IMG/VR virus record: IMGVR_UViG_3300048813_000256
Source of the DNA: an uncultured virus (IMG/VR IMGVR_UViG_3300048813_000256)
Taxonomy: Duplodnaviria; Heunggongvirae; Uroviricota; Caudoviricetes
Reading direction: 5' to 3' (one strand)
Length of the DNA stretch: 55,946 bases
The notes below the pieces were generated by a model. That model saw only the letters and a program-made list of their open reading frames with translations. It did not search any database and was not told where the DNA came from. The translations under genes and the position numbers were made by a program. Positions 1 through 8,876 of the stretch are shown here, piece by piece; the stretch's first letter is position 1; the number at the start of each line of letters is the position of its first letter.

Positions 1-125
1 CCTCCTCGCTTCCACAGGTACTCGAACGAAGTGAGGTATTCGGCGTTCGCTTCGCAATTCTTCGACGGGCAACCCTGCGGGGGACGGTCCTGCGGCCACG
101 CTTCGATGGTGTAGCTCTCCGCCAT
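1..125 (-). CDS. hypothetical protein, runs off the window start (partial)
   Basis: ATG at 125 directly after the TGA of the upstream gene; MAESYTIEAWPQDRPPQGCPSKNC... Confidence 0.5.
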   Translation of the reverse strand, partial: MAESYTIEAWPQDRPPQGCPSKNCEANAEYLTSFEYLWKRG

Positions 126-126
126 T

Positions 127-402
127 TCAGGCTCTCGCCTTCCGTCGTTTGCGCTTCCGCGCGTCGTACTCGCAGCGCGGGCAGCCAACGGTTGGCAGCT
201 TGCCGAAGGACGCACCGTCGCGCACTGCGTTGCATTCCGGGGAATGCTTCGGCGGACGCCCGCCCAGGAGCCCATTGCGGGCGCTGGCCGGCTTGGGGAC
301 TCCGGCGCCGCGCGCGCCTACGCACGCGGGACAGACCAGCTTGACGTGTTCGTGACCTGGGACGGTACAGGTCGGCGCGCGTCTTCGTTTCGTTGCAGGC
401 AT
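127..402 (-). CDS. small basic Cys-containing protein with SARNG..GGRP motif (possible DNA-binding)
   Basis: Start refined to MPATKRRR; CxxC pairs and KPASARNGLLGGRPPK. Confidence 0.6.
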   Translation of the reverse strand: MPATKRRRAPTCTVPGHEHVKLVCPACVGARGAGVPKPASARNGLLGGRPPKHSPECNAVRDGASFGKLPTVGCPRCEYDARKRKRRKARA

Positions 403-419
403 GATCTCCGATCCTATCA

Positions 420-722
420 CTACCATGCCGGCAGCGCCGCGATTTCGCGGTCGGTGCGGGCAATGATTTTGGCGCATCGTTCCTGATTCGGTTTGGTGGT
501 GGGCGGGCTGCTCAGGCAAAGGGAATAGAGTGCGGCGTCGGTGTCCCCGTGCAGGTGGCGGACGATTTCGATGTGGTGGTAGACAATCTCGGCTTCGTCG
601 GCGGCAAGCTTCCGCGCGGCCCAGACCGGCATGTCTTCGGCCTTGGGTTGGGGCGCGGTCGCGCAGCCAGCCGTGGTTAGCACGGCCAGCAGCGCGATTG
701 AGGCGGTTATCCGGCGATTCAT
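420..722 (-). CDS. putative lipoprotein
   Basis: MNRR + hydrophobic core + TAGC lipobox-like motif; coupled to the upstream gene. Confidence 0.65.
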   Translation of the reverse strand: MNRRITASIALLAVLTTAGCATAPQPKAEDMPVWAARKLAADEAEIVYHHIEIVRHLHGDTDAALYSLCLSSPPTTKPNQERCAKIIARTDREIAALPAW

Positions 723-889
723 CAGTTCCTCCCGGTGCCGGCGATCAGCTCGCCGTGCTGGTTGTACATCTCCCGCTCGTCCATGCGTCCGTTCAAGAAC
801 GTGGTGACGATGACGGCGGCAGCTCCCGGTTCTTCGCTGGGAAAAGTCAGCACGCGGACCATGACGTCGACCTGGTTGTAGGCTTCCAT
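722..889 (-). CDS. hypothetical protein
   Basis: ATG at 889 overlaps the TGA of the upstream ORF (TGATG); MEAYNQVDV... Confidence 0.6.
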   Translation of the reverse strand: MEAYNQVDVMVRVLTFPSEEPGAAAVIVTTFLNGRMDEREMYNQHGELIAGTGRN

Positions 890-1293
890 CAGCGGCCGCC
901 TTTCAGGCTGGGATTCTCCGCGCACACGGCGCGATCGAATCGAGCGTTGCCAACGGCGTTGCGGGTGCGCTCCTCAGTCTGGCCGGCGAGCTCGGGCTGC
1001 TGCATCGCGCCTTTGGCGATGCGGGCGGCTTGGCGGGTCATGGCGTCGGCGTCTCCGTCGTCGCACAGCGCGGCGATCTGGCGCAGGGCGGCGTCGATGG
1101 CTCCGCGCTCCGAGAGTCCGGCGATCATCTTGCGGTAATCGCTGATGCTGATTTCTACGGTGCCTTCGTTGTCAATGAGGCGCTGAATCGCCTTCTCGTC
1201 GGCGGCGATGGCGCGGGCTAGGGTTGGGGCGTTGCGTCGGCGCTGGATGGCGCGGGCGCTGGGCGCTGGGTTGGTTCGCTTGGTTGCTTTCAT
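889..1293 (-). CDS. hypothetical cassette protein
   Basis: 134 aa, GAAGGGAG RBS after repeat 1320-1371. Confidence 0.75.
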   Translation of the reverse strand: MKATKRTNPAPSARAIQRRRNAPTLARAIAADEKAIQRLIDNEGTVEISISDYRKMIAGLSERGAIDAALRQIAALCDDGDADAMTRQAARIAKGAMQQPELAGQTEERTRNAVGNARFDRAVCAENPSLKGGR

Positions 1294-1368
1294 CGGTGCG
1301 TGTGGCTCCCTTCGGTTTTTAGCTGCTCAGGATCGCGCCAACCTTGCGGCGGGCGCGATGCTCAGAAG

Positions 1369-1659
1369 CTAGGCATTCATGTGTTGCACGCTGCGGGCCT
1401 TAATGCGGTCATCGGCGGCGGTGCGCTGCTTTTCCGCCCGCTCTTTGGTTCTGGCCTTTGCCACGCGGGTTTGAATTTCCTCATACAAGGCCGGCCACTG
1501 GCTGCGAATGTGGGCGCGGGTGGCTTTGTCTTTGCCGCCCCAATACTCCACGGGGTCGTCGTCGAAGTCGTCGCGGTCGAACGTGTCCCATTGTTGATTG
1601 GCGCGGGCGGTCACTTCCTGCACGCATCCGCCTTCCACGATTACGAGAATGGTCTGCAT
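1369..1659 (-). CDS. hypothetical cassette protein
   Basis: 96 aa, RBS GAGG, TAG stop supplied by the repeat. Confidence 0.8.
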   Translation of the reverse strand: MQTILVIVEGGCVQEVTARANQQWDTFDRDDFDDDPVEYWGGKDKATRAHIRSQWPALYEEIQTRVAKARTKERAEKQRTAADDRIKARSVQHMNA

Positions 1660-1738
1660 CGGTTCCTCTTTCGGTTTTGGATTTAGCTGCTCAGGATCGC
1701 GCCAACCTTGCGGCGGGCGCGATGCTCAGAAGCTAGGA

Positions 1739-1930
1739 CTAAGCCCGCTGCTGCACGTCGTCTAAGAACGCTCCCACGGAGTTGCGGAGTTGGCAGATGC
1801 GGGTGTAGTCGTCCTGGGTAAATCCCTTGCCCTCCTCTCCGTGGATCATTCCGGCTGCGCTGGTCAGTGCGCTCTCGGCGGTTTGCAGGTTGCGGGTGAT
1901 ATAGTCCCGCGTCGATGTGGGTGCGCTCAT
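1739..1930 (-). CDS. hypothetical protein
   Basis: Start refined to MSAPTSTRDY (ATGA overlap with upstream stop). Confidence 0.65.
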   Translation of the reverse strand: MSAPTSTRDYITRNLQTAESALTSAAGMIHGEEGKGFTQDDYTRICQLRNSVGAFLDDVQQRA

Positions 1931-2139
1931 CGACCGCCCCGCGGTTTCCGCTCGTATAGAAAATGCTCGTTGGCCCGCATGTCCTGATGCTCGAATCCGA
2001 TGCGGCTGGATTCGCAGAAGTGGCGGACATCGCAAAGCAGGTTGGTGATTGCGTCCATTGGATCGGCGGACAATCCGTAGTCTTTCAGGACGCGGGCGGC
2101 TCTCGCGGCGCGTTCTGTGCTGCTGAGGTTTCCAAACAT
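1927..2139 (-). CDS. hypothetical protein (RA..A..L..Y / DLL.D..H family), paralog of 2881-3186
   Basis: 70 aa, GAAAGGAG RBS after repeat 2158-2210. Confidence 0.75.
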   Translation of the reverse strand: MFGNLSSTERAARAARVLKDYGLSADPMDAITNLLCDVRHFCESSRIGFEHQDMRANEHFLYERKPRGGR

Positions 2140-2222
2140 CTAGTGCTCCTTTCGGGTTAGCTGCTCAGTACCGCGTCAACCTTGCGGGCGGGCGCGGTGC
2201 TCGGAAGCTAGTCGTTCTCCGG

Positions 2223-2420
2223 TCAATCGTCGGCTCCGGTGTAGGCGGCGAGTCCGGGCCACTCCTCGATGAGTCCCTGCCATGCCTCCTCGTCGGCGCG
2301 GGCGCTGACTTCTTCTTCGGTGGTGGTGTCGTCGAAGTCGTATTTGTTGTCGTCCGCTGCGATGGCGAATAGCTGCTCGTAACGGTGCTTCTGCTGGGGC
2401 GTGAGGCGGGCGCGGGTCAT
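2223..2420 (-). CDS. small acidic hypothetical protein
   Basis: Start refined to MTRARLTPQQ (ATGA overlap). Confidence 0.65.
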   Translation of the reverse strand: MTRARLTPQQKHRYEQLFAIAADDNKYDFDDTTTEEEVSARADEEAWQGLIEEWPGLAAYTGADD

Positions 2421-2884
2421 GCGAAGTCCGGGTCTGCCGCGCTGATTACCAGCGTGCGCTGCGCGTAGGATTGCGGCGGTTCGTAGTTGTCGGCGCGGCG
2501 CTTTTCCTCTGCTGCCCGCAGGGCCTCGCGCTGCTGGTGGTGGGCGAGACAGTAGACTGCGCCTGGGCAATCGGAATCGCCTACTTCGTATGCGTCGTTG
2601 GCGGCGGCGTCGGCAAGGTTGGTCACGGTGCCAAGTTCGCGGCATGGGAAAACTTCGTCCCACTCTCCGGTGCCTAAACGGGCGTGCCGGGTTTCGTGGG
2701 TGCATCGGTCAAGGGTCTGCGCTGGATCGCCCGCGATGGTGCGGCGGAGGTAGCGCACGTTAGCAAGGGTGGCGTCGGTCTGGCGGCAATACTCCGCGAT
2801 GCACTCCGCCAGCGCGTGAACTTCGGCGTTGGCTCTTTCTGACGCGGCTAGGGTCGCGGCGCTGAGTCCGGTGGCGGCGCTCAT
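2417..2884 (-). CDS. hypothetical protein with Cys/His residues
   Basis: Start refined to MSAATG (ATGA overlap). Confidence 0.65.
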   Translation of the reverse strand: MSAATGLSAATLAASERANAEVHALAECIAEYCRQTDATLANVRYLRRTIAGDPAQTLDRCTHETRHARLGTGEWDEVFPCRELGTVTNLADAAANDAYEVGDSDCPGAVYCLAHHQQREALRAAEEKRRADNYEPPQSYAQRTLVISAADPDFA

Positions 2885-3186
2885 GGGCGCACCATCATTT
2901 GACGTTGGCGGCTCCATCGGGCGGGCGCTTCGGCTTCGCGTTTGAATTCGGTGGCGTAGTGGGTGCGGGCGGTTTCCAGCGCGGAGTCAAATTGCACTCC
3001 GGGGCAGCACGCGGCTAGGTGCATGAGGTCTGCCAGAAGATCAGTTAGCAGCGTGCCTCGGTTGGTTTCGTTGGTGTCCATGCTCTTGCGGTAGGCGGTG
3101 ACGGCGGCGCGGGCGCGGTGGGCGCGGTCGCGGTTGCTGGGGCGGATCGTGATTGTGTTAAGGTGTACAGGATCGCGTTTCGGCAT
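2881..3186 (-). CDS. hypothetical protein, paralog of 1927-2139
   Basis: NRDRAHRARAAVTAY...TDLLADLMH...F..A...ARTHY..E. Confidence 0.75.
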   Translation of the reverse strand: MPKRDPVHLNTITIRPSNRDRAHRARAAVTAYRKSMDTNETNRGTLLTDLLADLMHLAACCPGVQFDSALETARTHYATEFKREAEAPARWSRQRQMMVRP

Positions 3187-3271
3187 TGGTGCTGGTGTCC
3201 TTTCGGGTTTAGCTGCTCAAAGCGAATCAGAATCGCGTCATGCCACGGTGCCGGACGCGATTCTCACTTTC

Positions 3272-3394
3272 TTAGAGCCATCCAAGATCGCTCAAAGTAA
3301 CAAGCACGAAGATCGCCAGAGCGATCACGGCATCGGCTATCAGTGCGTTGCGAATTCCCTCCCACGCGGAACGCCAGAGGTTTTTCGGTTTCAT
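3272..3394 (-). CDS. small single-TM membrane protein
   Basis: MKPKNLWRSAWEGIRNALIADAVIALAIFVLVTLSDLGWL; ATGA overlap; stop at the edge of the variant repeat. Confidence 0.55.
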   Translation of the reverse strand: MKPKNLWRSAWEGIRNALIADAVIALAIFVLVTLSDLGWL

Positions 3395-4380
3395 TGGGTT
3401 TGCTCCTCTCCGCTGGCAAACAGGCTCATCTGCTGGGCTGGGATCGCGGCGGTTGGGGCAAGCGTTAAAACTTCTTCCGGCGCTGCGGGCGGTTGCTCCT
3501 CCTCCTCCGGTTCGTAATAGTCGGGGTCGTCCATGTCGTCCTCGTCGGGCAGCAATTCTTCTTCCTCGTCGCCGTTGGCGATGGCTTCCTGCTCGGCTTC
3601 GCAGATGCGCTCCTCCTCGCGGGTGGCGTGCGCGTGAGTGGGCGCGGGTTCGTCGGGTTCGTCGCCTCGGACGCTGATCTCTCCTGATCGCGGTCCCATG
3701 ACGAATTGATCCTTGCCGCGTTTTACCCTGATGCCTTCGTAGGTGAACTCCTCGCGGTGCATGTCGGCGTAGGTGGTGGTCGGCTTCTCGCCCCACTCCG
3801 CTGGGGTTAGCAGGGGCCAAAGATGCGCCTCGTTGCTGCTCTGTCCGGTGACGGTGTACGGTTTGCCTTCGATGGTGATGACTCCGCGAATCTTGCCGTT
3901 TGCAATGATGTCGGCGGAATAGGCTTTGTGGATGTCGCCTTCTCCGATGTGTTTCTGTTTGGCTGCGTCCCACTTGCCCCAAGACAGGCGCGAAGCGGGT
4001 ACGGTGTGGATCGGTGGCACAGGTTCCTCCTCTGGGGTTAAAACTTCTTCGGCTGGCTGGGGCGGCGCGGCTGGCTCGTCGTCCATGCGGTTGCTCGGGT
4101 CGTCGTCCGGCTCCGGGGGTTCGTCCTCGTCCTGGGGCGGCGCGTTCATGGTGAGCACTACCGCGCTCACTCCCGTATCTTCGTCGCCGATTTCGCCGGC
4201 CAATTCTTCGCAAAGGTCGGCGCGGTCTGGTGTCCACATCGGGGCTACAAAAATTTCCTGCCTCGGTGCCCAGATGAAACCAGCGGCGCGGACTCGTTTA
4301 TAAGTCTCCTCGTCGAGTCGGGCGCTGGCGGTTAGGCGGAGTTTGTTATCTTCGGGTGAATAGGTGGCGCTGTACTGCAT
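3391..4380 (-). CDS. acidic protein with an N-terminal domain like that of DUF3560-containing plasmid/ICE proteins
   Basis: ATYSPEDNKLRL.AS.RLD.ETY.RV.AAGF.WAP.Q..FVAP.WTP motif; start MQYSAT with GAAAGGAG RBS; D/E-rich linkers. Confidence 0.7.
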   Translation of the reverse strand: MQYSATYSPEDNKLRLTASARLDEETYKRVRAAGFIWAPRQEIFVAPMWTPDRADLCEELAGEIGDEDTGVSAVVLTMNAPPQDEDEPPEPDDDPSNRMDDEPAAPPQPAEEVLTPEEEPVPPIHTVPASRLSWGKWDAAKQKHIGEGDIHKAYSADIIANGKIRGVITIEGKPYTVTGQSSNEAHLWPLLTPAEWGEKPTTTYADMHREEFTYEGIRVKRGKDQFVMGPRSGEISVRGDEPDEPAPTHAHATREEERICEAEQEAIANGDEEEELLPDEDDMDDPDYYEPEEEEQPPAAPEEVLTLAPTAAIPAQQMSLFASGEEQTQ

Positions 4381-4449
4381 GGGGCTTCTCCTTTCGGTTT
4401 CTAGCTGCTCAGTCACCGCGCCAAACTTCTCGGGCGCGGTGCTGAAAAG

Positions 4450-4782
4450 CTAGTGTTTGGCGATGGCTTCAAGGGCGGCGGCGAATCGGCCTAAGCGGGC
4501 TTGCTCCTCGGCCACAAAGGCGCGGGCTTCGTGGGTGTGGGTTTCGTCGTCCACGCGGCACAGGCTGTCAAATTCTCCGCGGGCGGCGCGTACTTCCTCC
4601 TGCTGGGCTGGAGTCAGGCGAGGATCTGCGGCGGAGTCGGTCAGGATCGCGTCGAGCGCCTGCTGATAGGTTTGGCCGTGGCCGTCGGGCGCGTTGCAGT
4701 CGTTGCGCCAATACTCCGGGGCTTGGGCGGTGGCGCTGAGGGTTAGGGCGAGAGTGGCGGCGAGGGCGAATGGTCGGTGCAT
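4450..4782 (-). CDS. secreted hypothetical protein
   Basis: Signal peptide MHRPFALAATLALTLSATAQA; TAG from the repeat. Confidence 0.75.
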   Translation of the reverse strand: MHRPFALAATLALTLSATAQAPEYWRNDCNAPDGHGQTYQQALDAILTDSAADPRLTPAQQEEVRAARGEFDSLCRVDDETHTHEARAFVAEEQARLGRFAAALEAIAKH

Positions 4783-4857
4783 GTTGTGTTCTCCTTTGTG
4801 GGTGTTTCTAGCTGCTCAGTACCGCGTCAACCTTGCGGCGGGCGCGGTGCTCAGGGG

Positions 4858-5043
4858 CTAGGCTTCCATTCCTGCCAAGTTGTAGGCGTTGGCGGCGATG
4901 GCGTTCTGCACTCGCAAGGTCTGCTCTGTGAGTGCTTCCAGTTCGTCCCGCAAGTTGCTGGCGGCGGGCGCGTGGTGGGTGGCTTGGCTTAATAGCTTGA
5001 CTGCGGTCTGCACGGTGCCAAGAACAATAGGGAACTGCGTCAT
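4858..5043 (-). CDS. hypothetical cassette protein
   Basis: 61 aa, AAGGAGG RBS, TAG from the repeat. Confidence 0.7.
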   Translation of the reverse strand: MTQFPIVLGTVQTAVKLLSQATHHAPAASNLRDELEALTEQTLRVQNAIAANAYNLAGMEA

Positions 5044-5117
5044 GTGGTAATCCTCCTTGGTGTTTCTAGCTGCTCAGTACCGCGTCAACCTTTGCGGGCG
5101 GGCGCGGTGCTCAGGGG

Positions 5118-5978
5118 CTAGGCTTTGAGTTCGGCCATGCGCTCGGCAAGCTGCCACAGGGCGCGGTTTAGCTTTACGTCTTGGTCAATGCCCTTCACTT
5201 CGCGGGTGGTGACGGCGCGGAGTCTGCGGCCGCCTGGGTCGCGCTGAACTCCATGCAATCCGCCTCGGATGACGTTCTCTTGTACGCGGTTCATGGTGTG
5301 CCACAGGTCGGCGGCGTCATCTTCGGCGCGGCGCGGTCTGAGGAGCTGGGCGGCGGTTATGGGCGTGGTCACTTTGCCTTCGGAATCGGCGAAGCGCATG
5401 GTGTGGGCGGCTTCGGCGTATGCGGTCTGCTCTCCGGTGGTCAGTTGCAGATTGCCCCACACTCCGATTGCCCCGAGTGCTTTCTTGGAATCCTCCACGA
5501 TCCTGTAACTGCCTTCGATCACGTTTTCCAGAATGTTGCCTTTGTGGTGAATGGCGATGCTGCCCGTCGTCGATTCGGCGACTACCAGCCCGTTTGAGCA
5601 AACCAGCCGAAAGACTCCTGCAACTAGCTTGTAGGCGCTGGTTCCGTCGTGCGAGTTAATTAAAACGATCTCGGGAACGGAGTCCCCCACGGCAAGCGCG
5701 GCGCTGGTCTGGTGGCGGAATCGGATCATGTGCTTTGTAAAGGCTTCCTTGCCTTCAATCCGGCTGCTGCTCTGGCTGGCTTTGAACGGCTGAAAACCTT
5801 CGCGCATCATGCCCTCGATAATGTTCATGGTGGGAATGTAGGTGTAACGGTCTGAGCGGGAAGCGTGCGGCGCGGTCGCCATTGCGGACGGCGCATAGTG
5901 CGCGATCTGGTCAAGGGTTAGGGGCTGTTGTGGGCGGTTGGCTGGGGTTCCGTGGGTAAAGCTGTGTCGGTAGTTCAT
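5118..5978 (-). CDS. DUF932 domain protein
   Basis: SRSDRYTYIPT, TKHMIRFR, EIVLINSHDGTSAY, GVFRLVCSNGL, DLW..MNRVQEN, LNRALW motifs. Confidence 0.9.
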   Translation of the reverse strand: MNYRHSFTHGTPANRPQQPLTLDQIAHYAPSAMATAPHASRSDRYTYIPTMNIIEGMMREGFQPFKASQSSSRIEGKEAFTKHMIRFRHQTSAALAVGDSVPEIVLINSHDGTSAYKLVAGVFRLVCSNGLVVAESTTGSIAIHHKGNILENVIEGSYRIVEDSKKALGAIGVWGNLQLTTGEQTAYAEAAHTMRFADSEGKVTTPITAAQLLRPRRAEDDAADLWHTMNRVQENVIRGGLHGVQRDPGGRRLRAVTTREVKGIDQDVKLNRALWQLAERMAELKA

Positions 5979-6069
5979 GGTTTGGTGCTCCTTCGCGTTT
6001 TAAGCCCGCTGGGGCTGGGTTAGCTGCTCAGTACCGCGTCAACCTTGCGGCGGGCGCGGTGCTCAGGGG

Positions 6070-6495
6070 CTAGAGGGTGGCGGCGGTTTCGGCGGTTAGG
6101 GTTAGCGTGGTTTGCGTTTCCGGCTTGGCTGGTAGCTGGATCGTGAGCAAGCGGGCATAGATGGCGGCGGGCGTGACAATCCGCCACTTGGCCCGCTCCG
6201 GGGCGATGGCAAGGACGCGGAGCACGCGGGCGGCGTGTTCGTCCATGCTGAAACCTGCTTTCAGTTTGCCCGCGATTTTCCAGCCGTAGGTATGCGGTCG
6301 CCCGTCCGGTCTGCCGTTGGCTAGGTCGAGCGAGTCCGGGCGGAAGCGCACGTCCCACTTTTCCATGATCTTGCCGTCTGCCATGTAAGCGCGGGTTTTG
6401 CGCTCCCAGTTGCAGAGTCGATCTTCCGAGTCTGGGATGGTGCGTTCCTGTTCTAGCCTGAGAATTTCGCGTCCGTGTGCTGATAGCTTCGCCAT
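6070..6495 (-). CDS. hypothetical cassette protein
   Basis: 141 aa, AAGGAG RBS, TAG from the repeat. Confidence 0.75.
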   Translation of the reverse strand: MAKLSAHGREILRLEQERTIPDSEDRLCNWERKTRAYMADGKIMEKWDVRFRPDSLDLANGRPDGRPHTYGWKIAGKLKAGFSMDEHAARVLRVLAIAPERAKWRIVTPAAIYARLLTIQLPAKPETQTTLTLTAETAATL

Positions 6496-6567
6496 GCGTG
6501 TTACTCCTTCGGTGAATTTAGCTGCTCAGTACCGCGTCAACCTTGCGGCGGGCGCGGTGCTCAGGGG

Positions 6568-6963
6568 CTAAAGCAATCCGGCATTTTTGAGGCGCTGAAT
6601 CCTTCCGGCGAGCTCCTCCGCGTTGGCTTCCCGCGCCTGTGTCTCGGTCTGCTGCGGGGCGGGCGCTGCGGGCGTGGGGCTGGGCGTGGGGCTGGCTATG
6701 ATCTCGCCACAGACAAAACGGAAATTTTCTTCCCTCTCCGCCTCGCATTCGCCGATGATTCCCAGCGCGTTATAGAATGCGGCGCGGAGTGCGGTTACTC
6801 CGGCTTTGCTCTGGGGCTGTCGGGTTCCGGTAAGTGCGCTTAGGATGCGGGCGCGGCGGTCGGCGTTTCTGGCTCCGGCAAGCTGCCAGATGTCGAAACG
6901 GTTGGCGGTGTTGTGGCCTAGCAATCGAATGGCGGTGAGTGTGGCGGGCGTGACGGTGGTCAT
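6568..6963 (-). CDS. hypothetical cassette protein
   Basis: 131 aa, AAGGAGG RBS, TAG from the repeat. Confidence 0.75.
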   Translation of the reverse strand: MTTVTPATLTAIRLLGHNTANRFDIWQLAGARNADRRARILSALTGTRQPQSKAGVTALRAAFYNALGIIGECEAEREENFRFVCGEIIASPTPSPTPAAPAPQQTETQAREANAEELAGRIQRLKNAGLL

Positions 6964-7050
6964 CGGTGGTAATCCTCCTTCGGGTTGTCTAGCTGCTCAG
7001 TACCGCGTCAAGCATTCGGAGTGCCGAAGTCCGGGCGCGGTGCTCAGGGG

Positions 7051-7374
7051 CTAGGGGCGCGGCGGCTGAATGAATTTTTCAACGTCGGCTAGGGCGGCGT
7101 GTGCTGCCAGCATTTCCGCTGCTTCGACGTGGGTAATCGCGTCGAGGAACGGCTGCGGGCGGCGGTGAATCCACGCGATAAAGACATCATGGCGGCTCTG
7201 GCCATTTATGCCGGGTACTTGGTCGAGTCGGTCGCTAGCGTAGAAGCGGCAAGCAACGTCAAAGGCGGTCACAGGGGCGCGGCGGATCGCTTCGCAAACG
7301 GAGCAATAGTTAAGGCGGCTGCAAGTCTGCTGGCGGTGTAGGGCAACGGCGCGGGTGAATTCGTTTTGCATCAT
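7051..7374 (-). CDS. hypothetical cassette protein (CxxC motif)
   Basis: Start refined to MMQNEF after AAGGAG RBS; TAG from the repeat. Confidence 0.7.
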   Translation of the reverse strand: MMQNEFTRAVALHRQQTCSRLNYCSVCEAIRRAPVTAFDVACRFYASDRLDQVPGINGQSRHDVFIAWIHRRPQPFLDAITHVEAAEMLAAHAALADVEKFIQPPRP

Positions 7375-7592
7375 GGGCGTTTTCTCCTTCGGTCTTTTTA
7401 GCTGCTCAGGATCGCGCCAACCTTGCGGGCGGGCGCGGTTCTCAGAAGCTAGTGAGCGGGTTTCGGTGTTGGTGTTGGTGGTGGTCATGGGTTTAGTTTT
7501 CGCCCCTGTTCGGGTGCGTGGTGCTTTGTTGGCAACGTGTGTTTAGCTGCTCAGGATCGCGCCAACCTTGCGGCGGGCGCGGTTCTCAGAAG

Positions 7593-7709
7593 CTACGCGG
7601 CGCGGCGGCTGCGGGGTTGGTGAATCATTGCGAGAATCTTCCGCGTGGGTGCGTTGGCGCGGAGTGCGGCGATTAGTTTGTCGGTCTGGTTGGCGCGTGC
7701 GGTTTTCAT
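7593..7709 (-). CDS. 38-aa basic peptide (not in the ORF track)
   Basis: GAAAGGAG RBS, MKTARANQTDKLIAALRANAPTRKILAMIHQPRSRRAA, TAG from the repeat. Confidence 0.65.
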   Translation of the reverse strand: MKTARANQTDKLIAALRANAPTRKILAMIHQPRSRRAA

Positions 7710-7780
7710 GGTGTGGTGCTCCTTTCGGGTTTTTAGCTGCTCAGTACCGCGCCAACCTTGGCGGGCGCGGTGCTCAAAAG

Positions 7781-8002
7781 CTAGGCGGATTCAAAGAATC
7801 GGGCGCTGGCGATTACTGCCGTGTGTCCGTTCGCGTATTCGGTCGTGATCAGGTCATAGTCTGGGATGTGATTGCAGGAAATGAGGCGAACATCCGTCAC
7901 GGTCAGGTCGGACACGGCTGGAATCTGTTTCTGGAAACAGTCGGTAAAGGATTTGGCTGTTACTTTGTCGCCGATCTTGAATTGTGGTGCGGTAGTGGTC
8001 AT
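7781..8002 (-). CDS. small protein, possibly SH3/KOW-like
   Basis: FKIGDKVTA start motif; RBS; TAG from the repeat. Confidence 0.7.
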   Translation of the reverse strand: MTTTAPQFKIGDKVTAKSFTDCFQKQIPAVSDLTVTDVRLISCNHIPDYDLITTEYANGHTAVIASARFFESA

Positions 8003-8068
8003 GGTGCTCCTTTCAGGTTTCTAGCTGCTCAGTACCGCGCCAGACTTCGCGGGCGCGGTGCTCAAAAG

Positions 8069-8317
8069 CTAGTAAAGTCGGAACGCGGGCGCGGGTTCGG
8101 GCGCGGTATTTTCGGTACATGCGGCGGGCGCGGGTTCCAAGGTTAAAGACGATTGCCCAAGGCGGGCGGCGATCCTGCGGGCATTCTCAGAGGCGCGGCG
8201 GAGTCCCACTCCATGATTGACTCCGCCACAGACGCAAACGCACGTTTGGTGCTTCGCGTCATAGCATCTTTCGTCACAGCCCGTTAGCCCGGTAATCGCG
8301 TGCATGAGCATCGGCAT
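8069..8317 (-). CDS. small Cys/His-rich putative metal-binding protein
   Basis: CDERCYDAKHQTCVCVCGGVNHG. Confidence 0.7.
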   Translation of the reverse strand: MPMLMHAITGLTGCDERCYDAKHQTCVCVCGGVNHGVGLRRASENARRIAARLGQSSLTLEPAPAACTENTAPEPAPAFRLY

Positions 8318-8386
8318 TTTGTTCCCTCCGGTAGTTTTAGCTGCTCAGTACCGCGCCAGCCATGCGGCGGGCGCGGTGCTCGGAAG

Positions 8387-8803
8387 CTACGCGGCGGCGC
8401 GGCGGGCGGGCTGGGGATTCTCCGCGCCCGTCATTTCCCAGCGGGCTAACTGGCGCGGCATCCAAGTAGGATCGGCATATTCCGCCCGCATCGCGGCGGC
8501 GCGGGCGATACCTTCCGCCCGCCATTCGGCAGACGGCACAAAGGCGGGCAGGTTAATAGGTACGCCAGTCTCGCCTAGCAGCATGATTCCGGCAGTGGCG
8601 GGCAGTCCCTTAAAATCGCGGGCGATTGCTTCCAGTTCATCGGCGCGGCGCAAGCTGTGGGCGCGGACATTGTGCAAGAACGTGGCGCGAGTCCACGGCG
8701 CGTAAGGTTTCGGGGTTAGAAGATCGGCGGGCGCGGCGGGCGCGAAGATCGGCGGCGCGGCGGGCGGGAATGCTAGGCTGGTTTGCTGCTCTTGCGCGTG
8801 CAT
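8387..8803 (-). CDS. hypothetical cassette protein
   Basis: 138 aa, GAAAGGA RBS, TAG from the repeat. Confidence 0.7.
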   Translation of the reverse strand: MHAQEQQTSLAFPPAAPPIFAPAAPADLLTPKPYAPWTRATFLHNVRAHSLRRADELEAIARDFKGLPATAGIMLLGETGVPINLPAFVPSAEWRAEGIARAAAMRAEYADPTWMPRQLARWEMTGAENPQPARRAAA

Positions 8804-8876
8804 CTGGTTTTCCTTTCGTCTTGCGTCTAGCTGCTCAGTACCGCGCCAACCTTGCGGCGGGCGCGGTGCTCGGAAG

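Noticed and set aside
6020..6358. ORFs ending in ...EHRARRKV.AVLSS (also 1683-2030, 6518-6748, 8337-8525)
   Set aside because: The shared peptide is just the DNA repeat translated off-frame
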